Shown here piece after piece: positions 40,801 to 51,800 of a stretch of DNA of 64,000 nt. The stretch covers positions 2,854 through 66,853 of the forward strand of contig JABDCN010000002.1 of the NCBI GenBank assembly GCA_013288125.1. The letters are read 5' to 3'. The number at the start of each line of letters is the position of its first letter. Positions within the stretch are counted from its first letter, which is position 1. The position numbers and the translations under genes are program-made. The notes beneath the pieces were generated by a model, which was given only the letters and a program-made list of their open reading frames with translations, made no database searches and was not told where the DNA came from. This DNA comes from Gammaproteobacteria bacterium (GTDB lineage Bacteria > Pseudomonadota > Gammaproteobacteria > DSM-16500).

Positions 40801-42235
40801 CATTATTCATCCTATCGCTATAGACATATAAACTATTAAATATCTCCATATTGATCAGTGATAATGCTTTATAATATTCAACAGCGGCTGGATCCGAATG
40901 ACTATGGATTAATCTTTCGTAGCACATCTTTATTTTATTAGTGACATATTTTTTAGTATGTAAAATTTCAAATTTAGTAGACTCACTTGAGATTACGGTC
41001 AAAATTTGCAAACGCAGGTAACGAGTCAATTGTTCATAATATAATTGAGCCAAATGATCAATGTGACGACTTATAACATCTGAATTTAGTTTTGTTTCAA
41101 GATAAGGCAATTCATGATTAAGATGTATGCTCATATCTCTTATAACATGAAAAATATTATCATCTTTATTATTATTTACCGTATGAATTTTATTTTCTAA
41201 TTCTTCTTGTGTTTCTTCAGCTTGTTTTGTTTCTGCCTTATTCTTACATAATTCAATTTGCTTTGCCAATCCAGTGATATCATTCCCACTTAAAGCTAAT
41301 GCTTTCGAGCTAAGATCAAAATTACACATTAATTTCATCACGGCATCATACGCCAAGATAACACTTCCCCATTGTTTCTTTTCAAACGGCTCATAAAAAT
41401 ATTTTTGAAGTAAATATTCGAGAAACCTAGATAAAGAGCAATTATCTATTTTCATATTATCTGAATATTGATCCCAGCTTTGTGACTCTTCTCTGTCATA
41501 ATAATTTAATTTAATTGAGATATAACGAATACATAAATCAATCATGACGCGAGCATTATTTTTTTGAAGCTTTTCTTTTTCTACTAAATCAATTTGTTCA
41601 CGGTTTATTTCATTTTCATCTAATACTTTAGTTAATATTGAGTTTGCATCAACAAGAGGTTCTAGACTTTGCATATATGATGAGTATTCCATATATGAAG
41701 CCACTACACATAATTTCAATTCTTTGGTTATTTCCATATTAATGAATTGATTAATCATTTCCTTTTTTTCTTCTATCACATCAAATTCAATTATCTCTCT
41801 TGTTGCATCGGTGAGTAAAAATAAGTAGCGACGGTATATTTCTACGTAATACTTAATTTTTTTGTATTTATCCTCTTCGTATTCATTTATAGTCGGTGTA
41901 TAATCCTTTAAAAATTCGCGGCATTTCTGAATAGCATTTTCAATATCTTCTTTTGATTTTGATTTAAAGGCTTTTGACAACAATTCTGTTGCTTTCAAAT
42001 AATCTACGTGGAAAGAATTAAAGAACGCTCCGCCTTTTACAAAGATTGGAAAGAGTGATTTTGTTGCTGAAATGTGACTAATTTCTGCTGCTTGGGCAGA
42101 AGCAGGTTTTACTGTTGAAGCAGGAATAGGTTTTTCTACTGAAGTAGCAATGATTTCTTTTGTTAGATTTTGTTTCCCTTTCTGTTCTTCTTTTTTTCTT
42201 GGATCGTTTTTTCCTCTCGCTTTTTTTCTATGCAT
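37814..42235 (-). CDS. Large coiled-coil protein with putative nucleotidyltransferase domain and Q/RGG-rich tail (paralog A)
   Basis: 1473 aa; shares HLNHELP and GMYLKGS...DID...FDI blocks with 44440-48615 and 48895-52590. Confidence 0.7.
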   Translation of the reverse strand: MHRKKARGKNDPRKKEEQKGKQNLTKEIIATSVEKPIPASTVKPASAQAAEISHISATKSLFPIFVKGGAFFNSFHVDYLKATELLSKAFKSKSKEDIENAIQKCREFLKDYTPTINEYEEDKYKKIKYYVEIYRRYLFLLTDATREIIEFDVIEEKKEMINQFINMEITKELKLCVVASYMEYSSYMQSLEPLVDANSILTKVLDENEINREQIDLVEKEKLQKNNARVMIDLCIRYISIKLNYYDREESQSWDQYSDNMKIDNCSLSRFLEYLLQKYFYEPFEKKQWGSVILAYDAVMKLMCNFDLSSKALALSGNDITGLAKQIELCKNKAETKQAEETQEELENKIHTVNNNKDDNIFHVIRDMSIHLNHELPYLETKLNSDVISRHIDHLAQLYYEQLTRYLRLQILTVISSESTKFEILHTKKYVTNKIKMCYERLIHSHSDPAAVEYYKALSLINMEIFNSLYVYSDRMNNDWLKMKDNLMIAMQILKEVNLDQCDNPDQAKIALINCVSLYLYCLVKEDKNSLNLGVSENDKIFDFWVNFIINPTTWGVYFNYFMDEFFQWAIKNNNSIDKIIKIIYEFLPNHPISQVLIDAIPKKNKINELEMSIQPKKENLSLKFDKLEKKFLICKEKFDKQEMYRKSDISTLMDGFDDQEPPKDVAQYFLSLSAYYEKYTNKNEQVRLFNINEIEEKINTFKKIIDVNITTSPSISLDDRIRELTELNNNHFNDPAEYTETTKSIDKLMVELNEFSDMHAAMKKRIDTFVKLKEEALSKQLKIKTKTDIQVNTKQEEIVKNEDDKDKDKNKDKDKDKEVKQSAPLKTKTKRGRQEEKRKKQLEEQAKQQQELEREWRQQEEQEKLRLQQEEQERLRLQQEEQERLRLQQEEQERLRLQQEEQEKLRLQQEEQEKLRLQQEEQEKLRLQQEEQERLRLQQEEQERLRLQQEEQERLRLQQEEQERRIRQDEILLTGVGKQGKQILIEDLDYAHHLYEIAKQKMQDASTQQNTPADDKHDPIGMYLKGSFVLRLLINKFCDIPEIASQIAVGDIDCHFLYNKLLNIDELVQAEGFEVPLNVDNNDVDNDDTRSKKKFCNYIKPGFDKSRIEFDITMEDKPGYVPYPISPIQSCYAKFVTEEEAQDPNRDCVKVGKYYLELVIPAEYRETIINTCNGTEFLTFPPHAGEHKNWSYIANKLFDKLQNAFPLLPADSPAPASNANLVSYSHGIDLLQNYYADCFDEARGKTNFYSELTRFYKHEFVSDEERERVYRTFKCFFSGYLDFRGMKCDAAAVQCANEYMKFVNESVIEKNKYPQYQLVSFVDILLAKCQNLACQPIYVANQQVQQQQIHQQQVYPPQAYQQMYPPQMYPQQIYQQQIYQQQLLQQQMQQQAQQQARQHPQSQGRGFFSTSQQQQTHNNQQRGRGGAQQRTHGNRGRGANTTNVNNQNNHDAQPRQEQIPQQPQQSFTILKK
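39340..39665 (-). repeat. About 11 x 30 bp coding tandem repeat (QEEQE[KR]LRLQ)
   Basis: Visible at DNA and protein level, with synonymous variation between units. Confidence 0.9.
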
Positions 42236-42419
42236 GTTTAGTACCTATCCACGAATTGTGATTATTTATAGAATATAATTATAATAAATGGTTTATTATT
42301 ATACAGTATGTTATGTTTAAAATCAACTTTAAATTACAATTTATTTTGAGATAATAACATGCTTAACTTAAGCAAATCTGAAGTTAAATTTATGATTATT
42401 TTATAATTATTTTGAATAT

Positions 42420-42447
42420 AAAAACCCTTCCCCCACAGGGGAAGGTT
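42420..42447 (-). terminator. Rho-independent terminator after 42498-42908
   Basis: Minus strand CCTTCCCC-TGTG-GGGGAAGG followed by GTTTTT. Confidence 0.6.
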
Positions 42448-42497
42448 CTCATAAAGTAGATGGGGAATATCAATACAAACTAAAAACAAACTAAAAA

Positions 42498-42908
42498 TTA
42501 ATAATCGTCATCACCTGTTGCTGTGTCCGGTGTAGCATCAGATGGATTATTATTGTTGTTACTATTATTACTAGGCGCAGCACCTGAACCAGAATTCATA
42601 TCATTACTTGTACCGTTATTGTTATTCATATCAGAAGATGAATTCGTCCCTGAGGAACCCTGCGTTGGCATACCACTATTATCAGAAGGTGCAGTTGCTG
42701 GTGCGGTTGCCGGCGCGGTCATTGCAGGTGCTGGAGCAACTTGATTCTGGTCTGCTGTCTGATCTGTTGTTGGTGTCGTCCCGCCAGTACTGGTTGTTGT
42801 ATTTGGCGCTGCTTGTGTTGAATCATCGGCTAATACTGGTGCAGCATATGCAATCGATGCTGCTAATACGCCAGATACTGCCAACATGGCAAATGACTTT
42901 ACTTTCAT
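42498..42908 (-). CDS. Exported low-complexity acidic protein
   Basis: Signal peptide (...AAPVLA); T/A/P/N/S-rich disordered body; ends PDTATGDDDY; GGAG SD. Confidence 0.75.
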   Translation of the reverse strand: MKVKSFAMLAVSGVLAASIAYAAPVLADDSTQAAPNTTTSTGGTTPTTDQTADQNQVAPAPAMTAPATAPATAPSDNSGMPTQGSSGTNSSSDMNNNNGTSNDMNSGSGAAPSNNSNNNNNPSDATPDTATGDDDY

Positions 42909-43045
42909 GATTCTCTCCTAAGAATAATTTTCAGTACTCTAATTTAATACCAAATTAAGGATATTTCTATATTTTTTATTAAAACCCTATTTATTTGATT
43001 ATTTATTTTTTATTTATTTTTTATAGTCAAGAAAGTTATTAAACT

Positions 43046-43455
43046 TATTCTTTATAGTCAAGAAAGTCGGGAGCAGTCATTTTGGCAATGGCTCGCGAGC
43101 CTCCGGCTCGCTGCGCTGACTTGCCAAAATAACTCTCCCGACCTTCTTGACTTGCAAGCACCGAGGAATACTCAGTGTTGCAGGTGATACAAACATGTCA
43201 CCCCAGAAAAATATTCCAGATAGTTCAAAGTTCCTTTCAATGGCAATAGTGGAATATTTTTACGGGGTGATATGTTTGTTGCTTACAATGCGCATGTATA
43301 TACACTTTAGCCAAACAGTATCTCATTAGCAGTCAAATTGACGCAGACCTCGAAAGTCCTGGGGTTGGGAGAGTTATTTTGGCAAGTCAGCGCAGCGAGC
43401 CGGAGGCTCGCGAGCCATTGCCAAAATAACTGCTCCCAATCCCCAGGACCACGAA
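43046..43455. mobile_element. Composite palindromic element, copy 1 (two inverted ~95 bp hairpin arms around a central hairpin)
   Basis: Arms at 43057-43151 and 43356-43449 share TTTTGGCAATGGCTCGC...CGCTGACTTGCCAAAATAAC in opposite orientation. Homologous to 55493-55937. Confidence 0.75.
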
Positions 43456-43492
43456 AAGTAAATGTTTTAAGTTTTTAAGTTTTTAAGTTTTT

Positions 43493-44443
43493 CTAACCAA
43501 CCCAGACTCTAGGCACTAAAAACATCTCATACAATTCTTTCTCACGCGTTCCCGGCTTTTCTTGCCTATCATATTGCCACGCAACCAACGGCGGCAAAGA
43601 CATAAGTATCGATTCTGTTCGTCCCCCAGATTGAATGCCAAACAGCGTCCCACGATCATACAAAAGATTAAATTCAACGTAACGACCACGACGATATAAC
43701 TGAAAATCACGTTCCGCTTGCCCATAATCATGATGTTTTCGACGAGCAACAATGGGTTGATAGGCTTTAAGATAATAATTTCCTACATTTTGCATAAAAG
43801 CAAAACAATGCTCAAAAGACTGCTCATTCACATCATCAAAAAAAATACCGCCAATACCGCGCGGCTCATTTCTATGCTTCAAATAAAAATATTGATCAGC
43901 CCATTTTTTATATTTCTGATAAGCCTCTGCATGAAAACCATCACAAGCCGCTTTTGCCATACGATGCCAATGCTCACAATCTTCGACAAATCCATAATAA
44001 GGTGTTAAATCAAATCCACCACCAAACCACCAATACGGCGCACTTCCCTCTTTTTCTAAAAAAATAAATCGCACATTAAAATGTGAGGTTGGGACAAAAG
44101 GATTTTTAGGATGCACGACAACAGAAACGCCTAACGCTTGAAATGGAATACCAGTCAATTCAGGACGTTTTGCTGTGGCCGCATGCGGTAATTGTTGGCC
44201 ATGAACATGTGAAAAATTCACACCAGCTTTTTCAATGATATTTCCCTCAGCAAGCATTCGAGTGATACCGCCACCACCTGTTTGATGTTCCCATTTGTCT
44301 TCAATAAATATCGCTTGCCCATCTTCTTCTTCAAGCATACGACAAATACGATTTTGTAAATCGAGTAAAAAATGCCTCACATTAGGCAGGCTGGAAACCA
44401 CATCAATCACTTCGATATGGTCTGCCATCATTTTAGATTTCAT
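43493..44443 (-). CDS. hemF: Oxygen-dependent coproporphyrinogen III oxidase
   Basis: [63 protein letters not shown]. Confidence 0.96.
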   Translation of the reverse strand: MKSKMMADHIEVIDVVSSLPNVRHFLLDLQNRICRMLEEEDGQAIFIEDKWEHQTGGGGITRMLAEGNIIEKAGVNFSHVHGQQLPHAATAKRPELTGIPFQALGVSVVVHPKNPFVPTSHFNVRFIFLEKEGSAPYWWFGGGFDLTPYYGFVEDCEHWHRMAKAACDGFHAEAYQKYKKWADQYFYLKHRNEPRGIGGIFFDDVNEQSFEHCFAFMQNVGNYYLKAYQPIVARRKHHDYGQAERDFQLYRRGRYVEFNLLYDRGTLFGIQSGGRTESILMSLPPLVAWQYDRQEKPGTREKELYEMFLVPRVWVG

Positions 44444-47400
44444 TTTGTATATCCTGTCGTATTTTTCTCTGTTCCATTTGGTAAGATGTCAGCCCTTGTT
44501 GACTCACCATGTTCTTTATATTGTTGAAAACCACGTCTACCTCGGTAACTTACATTTGCCCTGCCTCTTTCTGATAAATTTCCCTGACCTCGTCCACGAT
44601 AATCCTTGTTTAACTCTCCACCTACTGGCATGTGCCTATTTGACGGACTTCCTCGGCCTCGACCGTAAAATTCTTGCTCTGTTTCTTGAAAAAATCTCGG
44701 ATGATATCTCGCATACTCAAATTGCGTTCTAGAAGTCTCTTCAGTTCGCATTCGCGCAGCCTCTTCGGCTTGCATTTTAGCAACATACTCCGATTGTATT
44801 CTAGCAGCTGCTTCACGAGCTTTAGCAATTCCAGCGGCATAATCCGCTTCAGTTTTTTCGGGCCAGGTGTGCTCATAGGTTCCAGCAACTTCAGCTTGTT
44901 CCGCTAGAATTTTTTGATGCGCTCTTGCCGTTTCAGCATCGTCTATTGCTTGACGGGCTACCTCACGATATTTTTCAAGAAGATCACGTACAGTAGTTAC
45001 TAATTCCTCTCTTTTATAATGCTGTTTTGTTTTTGAGGCATTTAAAACAAATTCTAAATACTCGCTTGCGGCTTTTTCTGCAGCAGAATCACACTCCATA
45101 TTTAAATATTTTAAATACGCAGAAAAAAACTGTTTAAAAATCATTTTAACAAAGTACACTTCATCTTCACTTATATCATATCCACAAAATTTAATTAAAT
45201 CAGAATAAACTTTTTCTTCTTTCTTTGGATTAAAAGCTGCTTTAGAAAAGCCATTAAAATAATATTCTTTTAATGACTCAATGGCTTCAATATATGAGAC
45301 AAAATTATCGTTTGATTCGGCCGATTTAACATGAGCAAATAACGAAGGAAATGCATTTTTTAACTTAGTGAAAAGTTTATTGGCCATGTATCCATAATTT
45401 TTATGTTGGCCATAACGAGGAGAAAATAAAGAAAATTCGGCCCCTTTACAAGTATTAATAATGGTTTCTCTATATTCGAGAGGAATTACTAATTCAAAAT
45501 AATATTCTCCTACTTGAATACAATCACGATTTGGATCTTTAGCCTCTTCCGCCGTAACGAACTTCGCATAACAAGATTGAATAGGCGCTACTGGATGAGA
45601 TTGATAACCAGGGGCTGTTTCAACCGTCATATCAAATTCAACATTTTCTTGATTAACGGGAAGTTTGATATAATTACTAAATTTATTTGTAGGTTTTGTT
45701 TTTGACCCTGGAGTGGGTACCCAACCTTCCTCTTTTACTAATCGTTCTACATCAAGTTTATTATGATATAAAAAATGACAATCTATATCTTTCACTAATA
45801 TCTTAGAAGCAATTTCTGGATTATCATTAAATTTCTTCAGCAATAGATGTAAAACAAAACTTCCTTTTAAATACATCCCAACATTATTTTTCTCATCATC
45901 AGATGCATTTTGCAATGTTTTTAAGTGTAATGAATAAAGATAATCTAAATCAGTAGAAGTGATGTTTTTATCGGCCCCACTCAAAAGGACAGCATCTTGA
46001 TTTATTGTTTGTTCAGCTTTCCTACTTACTTCTTGATTTATTTTATTTATTGCTTGTTGCGCTTTTTCTCTTATTTCTTCTCTTACTTTTTCCTTTTCTT
46101 TTTCCTTTGCCTTTCTTTGCTCTTCCATTCTAATTTCTTCTTCTTCCCATGGCATCATTGTGCTAGCTATTTTTTGTTGCATTTTTTGATCTTTTTTATT
46201 TCTTCTCTTGATTGTAGGTTGAGGTTGAGGCTTTTTATTATTTGTTGGCTTATCATTTTTAACATCATGTTCTACTTCAGCCTGTGTTACAACCTCTTCA
46301 ACCTCCTTCCTCTTCACTTGTTCTTGTTTCTTGGCTTGAACTTGAATTTTAACCAATGACTCTTCCTTCATTTTTTGAAATGTTTCTAAACGTTTATGAT
46401 AAGCACCATGCATAGTGTTATATTCATTAAATGATTTATCAAGTGCTTTATTAAACGAAACATACAACGAAACATACTCAGTAGTTTCATTAAAATGACT
46501 TTTTTCAAACGTTATCAATTCACTTATTTTATTTTCTAATGTCGTAAGCAGACTTGTTGTTCTATTATGATTTAACAACTCATTCAATGATTGCATTTTT
46601 CCATCGCATGTTTCATCACTAATGAATTCTGTACCACGAATTCTTCTATTACAACTATCATAACTTTTTTGAAGTGTTTGAAAACATTCAGACAGCGATT
46701 TTGGGATTTGCTCTGGATCAAAGCCTTCCATTAATTTTTCTTTATCAAATTTCTTTAATTCTTCTTCAAAATCTTGTTTAATCTGTCTATATTTTTTAAC
46801 TTTATTTGAAATGGTTTCAATTTTTTTACTAAAATTTTCTTTTTTACGATCAATCGTTTTTTCTAAATTTTTAATCTTCAATTTATTAATTAAATCTTGA
46901 GACATTTGAATATTTGGCAATAATCTTGATATTGAGTCAATAAATTTATCTATTGTTACTTCGCTCTCCATCCCATATAAATAAATTTGATTACAAAAAT
47001 AATTAAGCAGAGTTCCCCATTTAACATTGTCCAAAATTACGTTAGCTAATACATTAAAACATAAATCAAAGTATTGCCTAGGCTTAATATTTGATAGTTT
47101 TATATTTTTCATAATGGAAGGATAGACATACCATATTAATGACAACAACAAAGCTGAATTAACTTGATCAGGATTACCATATTGCTCTTTACTTATTTTC
47201 TCAAGCTTATGTGCCGCAGTAATTATATTATTTTGAATTTTATCCCAATCAACATTAATTTTTCTACGACTGACATATATGCCAAATATTTCCTTGTAAA
47301 CAAATGATAATAATTCATAATAATCAACATGAATTAATTCATCTTGATTATTTGATATTGCTTTACAACATTGAATCAATTGATTACTTACAAAACCTTT

Positions 47401-48615
47401 AGACTGAGTCTCTCTAAGATAGGCTGCTGCCATATTATGTATAATTTCATCATGTATTTCTTTAATTGCTTCCTGCTGCTCCTTAACAGAAAGATTAATA
47501 ATATCAATCTTAGATTTTATTGTTATATGTATATAACGTATAAGTTGATCATAATATAATTGAATTGATTCATTTATGTGCTTTTTAATCACATCCGAAT
47601 CTATTTTTGTTTTAAGGAAAGGCAACTCATGATTTAAATAGGAAGCCATGCATCTCATTGCATCACAAGAATTATCATTTTTATATTGAGATAAATCTGA
47701 AATCCTCCTGTCAAGCTCTTCTTCTGTTTCTTCCTGTTGTTTCGTTAGCGCTTGATCTCGGTATGCTTGTATCTCTTTATTAAATTTATTTATTGTTTCT
47801 TCGTTTAAATATAAGGTATTTTTAATAAAATCAAATTTATTTAGCATTTGAGTTATAACTTCATATGCCAAGATAACACTACTCCATTGACAACGAGAAA
47901 ATGCAAGAGAAAAATATTCTCTAGTTAAAAATTCAAAAAATTCAGTTAATGACTTGTTCTCTAACCCTTCATCCTTTACATATTGTTCCCATTTATTTAA
48001 TTCATCACCTTTAAAATAACTCAATTTTATAGAAATATAATCCACGCATAATGAAATCATTCGACGCTTGATTGTTTTTTTTACTTTAGCCTGATTCACT
48101 ATCTGTGAAAAATTAACTTTATTTAATATCGAAGACGAGAGAACAAGAGAATCAATATGATGAAAATGATATCCATAAAAATGGAATGCCTCAGACAAGA
48201 TTAATATGATATTTGTTGACAAGCCCACATTTAAAGCTTGAATAATGATTGCTTTTTTTCGTTCTAGACAATCAAATTCACTAATATCCCTCATAGAATC
48301 TATTAGCGTTAGCAAACATTTAGAATAAATATCAATATATTCCTCAATAGGTGTTTTATCCAACTCCTGCAAATTTGCTTTTATTAATTTTGTTATCGGA
48401 ATTTCAAAATCATTTAAAAATTGGTAACCCTGCTGAATAACATTTTCAATTTGATCAACACTTGGGCTTACTTCCATTCCAGATAACGAATTAAATGAGT
48501 TAAGTAATCGAGGATACTGCTGCATAAGTTCGCATAGTTTTTTCACATCATTATCTGATAATGTATTTAATTCTTTTACCTCTGGTTTTATATGGCTTAT
48601 ATCTTGTCTACGCAT
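44440..48615 (-). CDS. Large coiled-coil protein with putative nucleotidyltransferase domain and RG-rich tail (paralog B)
   Basis: 1391 aa; [10 protein letters not shown]...KDIDCH...EFDMT. Stop overlaps the hemF start (ATGA). Confidence 0.7.
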   Translation of the reverse strand: MRRQDISHIKPEVKELNTLSDNDVKKLCELMQQYPRLLNSFNSLSGMEVSPSVDQIENVIQQGYQFLNDFEIPITKLIKANLQELDKTPIEEYIDIYSKCLLTLIDSMRDISEFDCLERKKAIIIQALNVGLSTNIILILSEAFHFYGYHFHHIDSLVLSSSILNKVNFSQIVNQAKVKKTIKRRMISLCVDYISIKLSYFKGDELNKWEQYVKDEGLENKSLTEFFEFLTREYFSLAFSRCQWSSVILAYEVITQMLNKFDFIKNTLYLNEETINKFNKEIQAYRDQALTKQQEETEEELDRRISDLSQYKNDNSCDAMRCMASYLNHELPFLKTKIDSDVIKKHINESIQLYYDQLIRYIHITIKSKIDIINLSVKEQQEAIKEIHDEIIHNMAAAYLRETQSKGFVSNQLIQCCKAISNNQDELIHVDYYELLSFVYKEIFGIYVSRRKINVDWDKIQNNIITAAHKLEKISKEQYGNPDQVNSALLLSLIWYVYPSIMKNIKLSNIKPRQYFDLCFNVLANVILDNVKWGTLLNYFCNQIYLYGMESEVTIDKFIDSISRLLPNIQMSQDLINKLKIKNLEKTIDRKKENFSKKIETISNKVKKYRQIKQDFEEELKKFDKEKLMEGFDPEQIPKSLSECFQTLQKSYDSCNRRIRGTEFISDETCDGKMQSLNELLNHNRTTSLLTTLENKISELITFEKSHFNETTEYVSLYVSFNKALDKSFNEYNTMHGAYHKRLETFQKMKEESLVKIQVQAKKQEQVKRKEVEEVVTQAEVEHDVKNDKPTNNKKPQPQPTIKRRNKKDQKMQQKIASTMMPWEEEEIRMEEQRKAKEKEKEKVREEIREKAQQAINKINQEVSRKAEQTINQDAVLLSGADKNITSTDLDYLYSLHLKTLQNASDDEKNNVGMYLKGSFVLHLLLKKFNDNPEIASKILVKDIDCHFLYHNKLDVERLVKEEGWVPTPGSKTKPTNKFSNYIKLPVNQENVEFDMTVETAPGYQSHPVAPIQSCYAKFVTAEEAKDPNRDCIQVGEYYFELVIPLEYRETIINTCKGAEFSLFSPRYGQHKNYGYMANKLFTKLKNAFPSLFAHVKSAESNDNFVSYIEAIESLKEYYFNGFSKAAFNPKKEEKVYSDLIKFCGYDISEDEVYFVKMIFKQFFSAYLKYLNMECDSAAEKAASEYLEFVLNASKTKQHYKREELVTTVRDLLEKYREVARQAIDDAETARAHQKILAEQAEVAGTYEHTWPEKTEADYAAGIAKAREAAARIQSEYVAKMQAEEAARMRTEETSRTQFEYARYHPRFFQETEQEFYGRGRGSPSNRHMPVGGELNKDYRGRGQGNLSERGRANVSYRGRRGFQQYKEHGESTRADILPNGTEKNTTGYTK

Positions 48616-48664
48616 TACCTTTTCCCCATCATGTGTTTTAGTATATTAAATTTTAATTATAATC

Positions 48665-48808
48665 AGGTATTCCCGCTAAGAAACGCGGGAATACCTTTCT
48701 TGTTTATATGCTGCGCAAAAGCGAAGCTTTTGCTTGCACCAAGAGGGGAGAACCGCGGTTCTCCCCTCTTGGATCACCCCATCGCGAATAGTTAGCGGGA
48801 ACCGCTAA
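48665..48808. repeat. Cluster of four hairpins including a 34 bp perfect palindrome
   Basis: Hairpins at 48665-48696, 48715-48733, 48739-48772 (CCAAGAGGGGAGAACCGCGGTTCTCCCCTCTTGG) and 48792-48808. Confidence 0.75.
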
Positions 48809-48894
48809 ATTATAATAATTTTATGACTAATAATGATACAGAATGCTCTCAAATAAAACAAGAGCAAATTACTTTAAATGATGGTTATTTCATT

Positions 48895-51800
48895 TTATTT
48901 TTTACACACAACAGTTGTTGGTTCTTTATTAATCAATGAAAAAGGCGCGCTACTTTGTTCATTATTATTTGTTTTTATTTCACTTTGTGAAATTTTAACC
49001 GCTGTTTGACATTCCTGCGATTGAAATAGACTCAATGGTTCTTGCCTTTTATGACATCGGAATTTTTTTTGAGGAACGTTTTGCTTCGATTGCCTTTTAG
49101 CAGACGGTTCCACAAAAAATCCAACTGGAGAGTTCACATGAACAGATATGGATATTTGTTCAGACGCAATACGTTGTATCCGCTGAATGAGTTTATCTTT
49201 CGTATTGTAATTTATTTTGTTTAATTTACTTGTAATATATTTAAAATATTCATCTGCACATTTTTCAGCAACACCTGATATGTCTTGATTTAAAGATTTT
49301 AAATAACCAGAATAAAATTGTTTAAAAATTAATTTAACATAAGGCACTTCATCTTGGCTGATTTCTTGACCGTAAAATTTAGTTAAATCTGTATAACAAC
49401 TTGTTTTATCCTCTGAAAGGCAATCATAATAATATGCACTCAATAATTCGATTGATTTATCGTATGAAATTAAATTGAGATGAGGATCATCCTCAGAATT
49501 AGAGGGCAAAAAAGGAAATACATTTTTTAATTTAAAATAAAGTTTATGGGCCACATAAGCATAATCAGGGTGATTTTTATGAAAAGGAGGAAATAAATAA
49601 AATGCTTCGCCATTACACATTTTAATAATAATTTCTCTATATTCAGTAGGAATGATTAACTCATAATAATATTTATCTACTTGAAGACAGTCACGTTCAG
49701 GATCATAAAATTCATTTGCAGTGGCATGTTTAGCATGACAATGGATAGGTGAAATAACATTAAATTGATAACCAGGGGCTGTTTCAAATGTAATATCATA
49801 TATAATATGTTTTTCATCGTCCGCCTTAATGGCGTTAATATATTGATTTAGAGACTCTTCATTTGATTTACCGACAATTGCAAGCTTTTCTCTTTCAATG
49901 AATTCTTTAACATTAAATTTTTCGTTATAAAAACAATGAGGATCAACATCGCTTATTCTTAATTTCTTTGCATTTTCAGGATTGCTACAGAGTTTATAAA
50001 TTAAGCATCGCAGCGCCCAACCTCCTTTGTAATGCATCCCAACGTTATCTTTCATTTCTTCATCAGAGATATTTTGCATTGATGTTTGATGTAGATAATA
50101 ACCGTAATCTAAATTTTCGGGTACAATACAATTACCAGCTCCTTTAAGCAGAATTTCATCCTGCTGTTTTCGTTTTTCATCTTCAATTTTTATTTGTTCG
50201 CCAATTATTCTGGCATCTTTTTCTTGTTTTTTTTGTTTTACTTTTTCTTGCTTAGCTATTTTAGCTTTTTTAGCTTTTTCTTCTTTCTCTTTAATTTTTA
50301 ATTTCTGCTCTTCAAGTTGATTTTTTATCTTCTGTTTTTCAGCGTTAGCTTTTAATTTGGATAGAATATCTTTTTTTAATTCAAGGAAATGGTTCACGCG
50401 GATAATTATTTTATCATGACAATTAAGCAGTTCACTTAACTCGATGCATGCCTTTTCAAGCAATTTGACCGCCGAGATATCAGTTGCTGTTATATTATAA
50501 TGATTTTTTTCAAATTCAGACAAACTATATATCTTTTCATCTATTGTATTAAAAACAGTCGTAATATTTTCTTCATTAGTCATTTTTTTAAGAGACTGAA
50601 TTTTTTCATTATAATCTTCAATATTAACTCTTTTTATCTGTCTTATTCTTTGCGTGTAATTATCGTAATATTTTTTAAGTGTTTTAAATTGTTCGATCAT
50701 ATGCTGCGGTATTTGGTTAGGCTCAAAACCCGTTGCCAGCATATCTTCATTTACTATATTACTATTTTCTTCAATTATTTTATTATTTTTTTTATATTCT
50801 TCTAACTTACACTCCATTTCATTAATTTTTTTGTTAAGATTTCTTTTTTTCTCAGCTATTCTTTTGTTTAATTCTTCAATTTGACCCGCTTCTTTACTTT
50901 TAGCATTAAGTTGATCGAATATCGTCTGACTAAATGGATGATCAGGAAGAAGCAAAGCAATTTGCTTTTGAATATTGTTCAGTGATTCATTGTCATCAAT
51001 CATGATTAAAAAAAGTTTGTCGCTAAAATTCGCCAGATTTTCTTGCCACGTTAATGGCTGAATAAAATAATCTCCTCTTACTTTTTTTAATTCATCATAA
51101 AACATTTTGTATTTTGCGATACCTATATTTAATATATTTATATCGATATAACATAGACTACATAAATAAGCTGAAATACAATCTATTATCGTCATACTTA
51201 ATTCATCAGTATACGAATATTCATTAATTTCTATTTTTTTAAGTAACTGCGCAGCATCACATAATGTCTGTCTTATCGTATGCCAATCTTCTGTGAGTTT
51301 AGTACGATAAGCCATATTAAAAGTTGTGATATAAATAAGTGAGAGCCCTTTATAGTATTCAATAGCAATAGGTTCGCCATACTGACAACTTAATATTTTT
51401 TTTAGATAAAAATCCATTTGATTAGAAACCATAAATTTAGCATACATGACTTTATCCAGCATTTTATCTCCATCAAATCTGTCAACTGATTTTTCTAATG
51501 CTTTAACTTCGGTATCAATTTCTCCTTGTAATTGTATATATGCCATCAATAGTTCATAATAAAGTTGAATTGATTTTTCCATGTGTTTTTTTACTGAATC
51601 AACATCAATTTTTGATTCCAAATAAGGGAGCTCATGATTTAAATGTGAGCTCATACGCCTTATTTTTTCACGAGTATTTTTATCTTGATAAAGGGCCGGA
51701 TTTGAAATTCTTTCCTCTAATTCTTCCTGTGTTTCCTTTTTTTGCCCTATCATTGCAACATCTCGATAAGTGAGTATTTTTTCTTTAAATGTATTAAGTG

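Noticed and set aside
43057-43165. IscB omega-RNA/HEARO or tracrRNA, suggested by GTCAA...TTGAC and GCACCGAG
   Set aside because: Only short motif similarity, and no IscB, TnpB or Cas9 ORF nearby. It cannot be supported without a covariance-model search.
43147-43329. 60 aa ORF in the element centre (also 55326-55662, 22640-22979 and 48592-48795)
   Set aside because: These ORFs arise from palindromic or repeat DNA and have no RBS or recognisable protein features.
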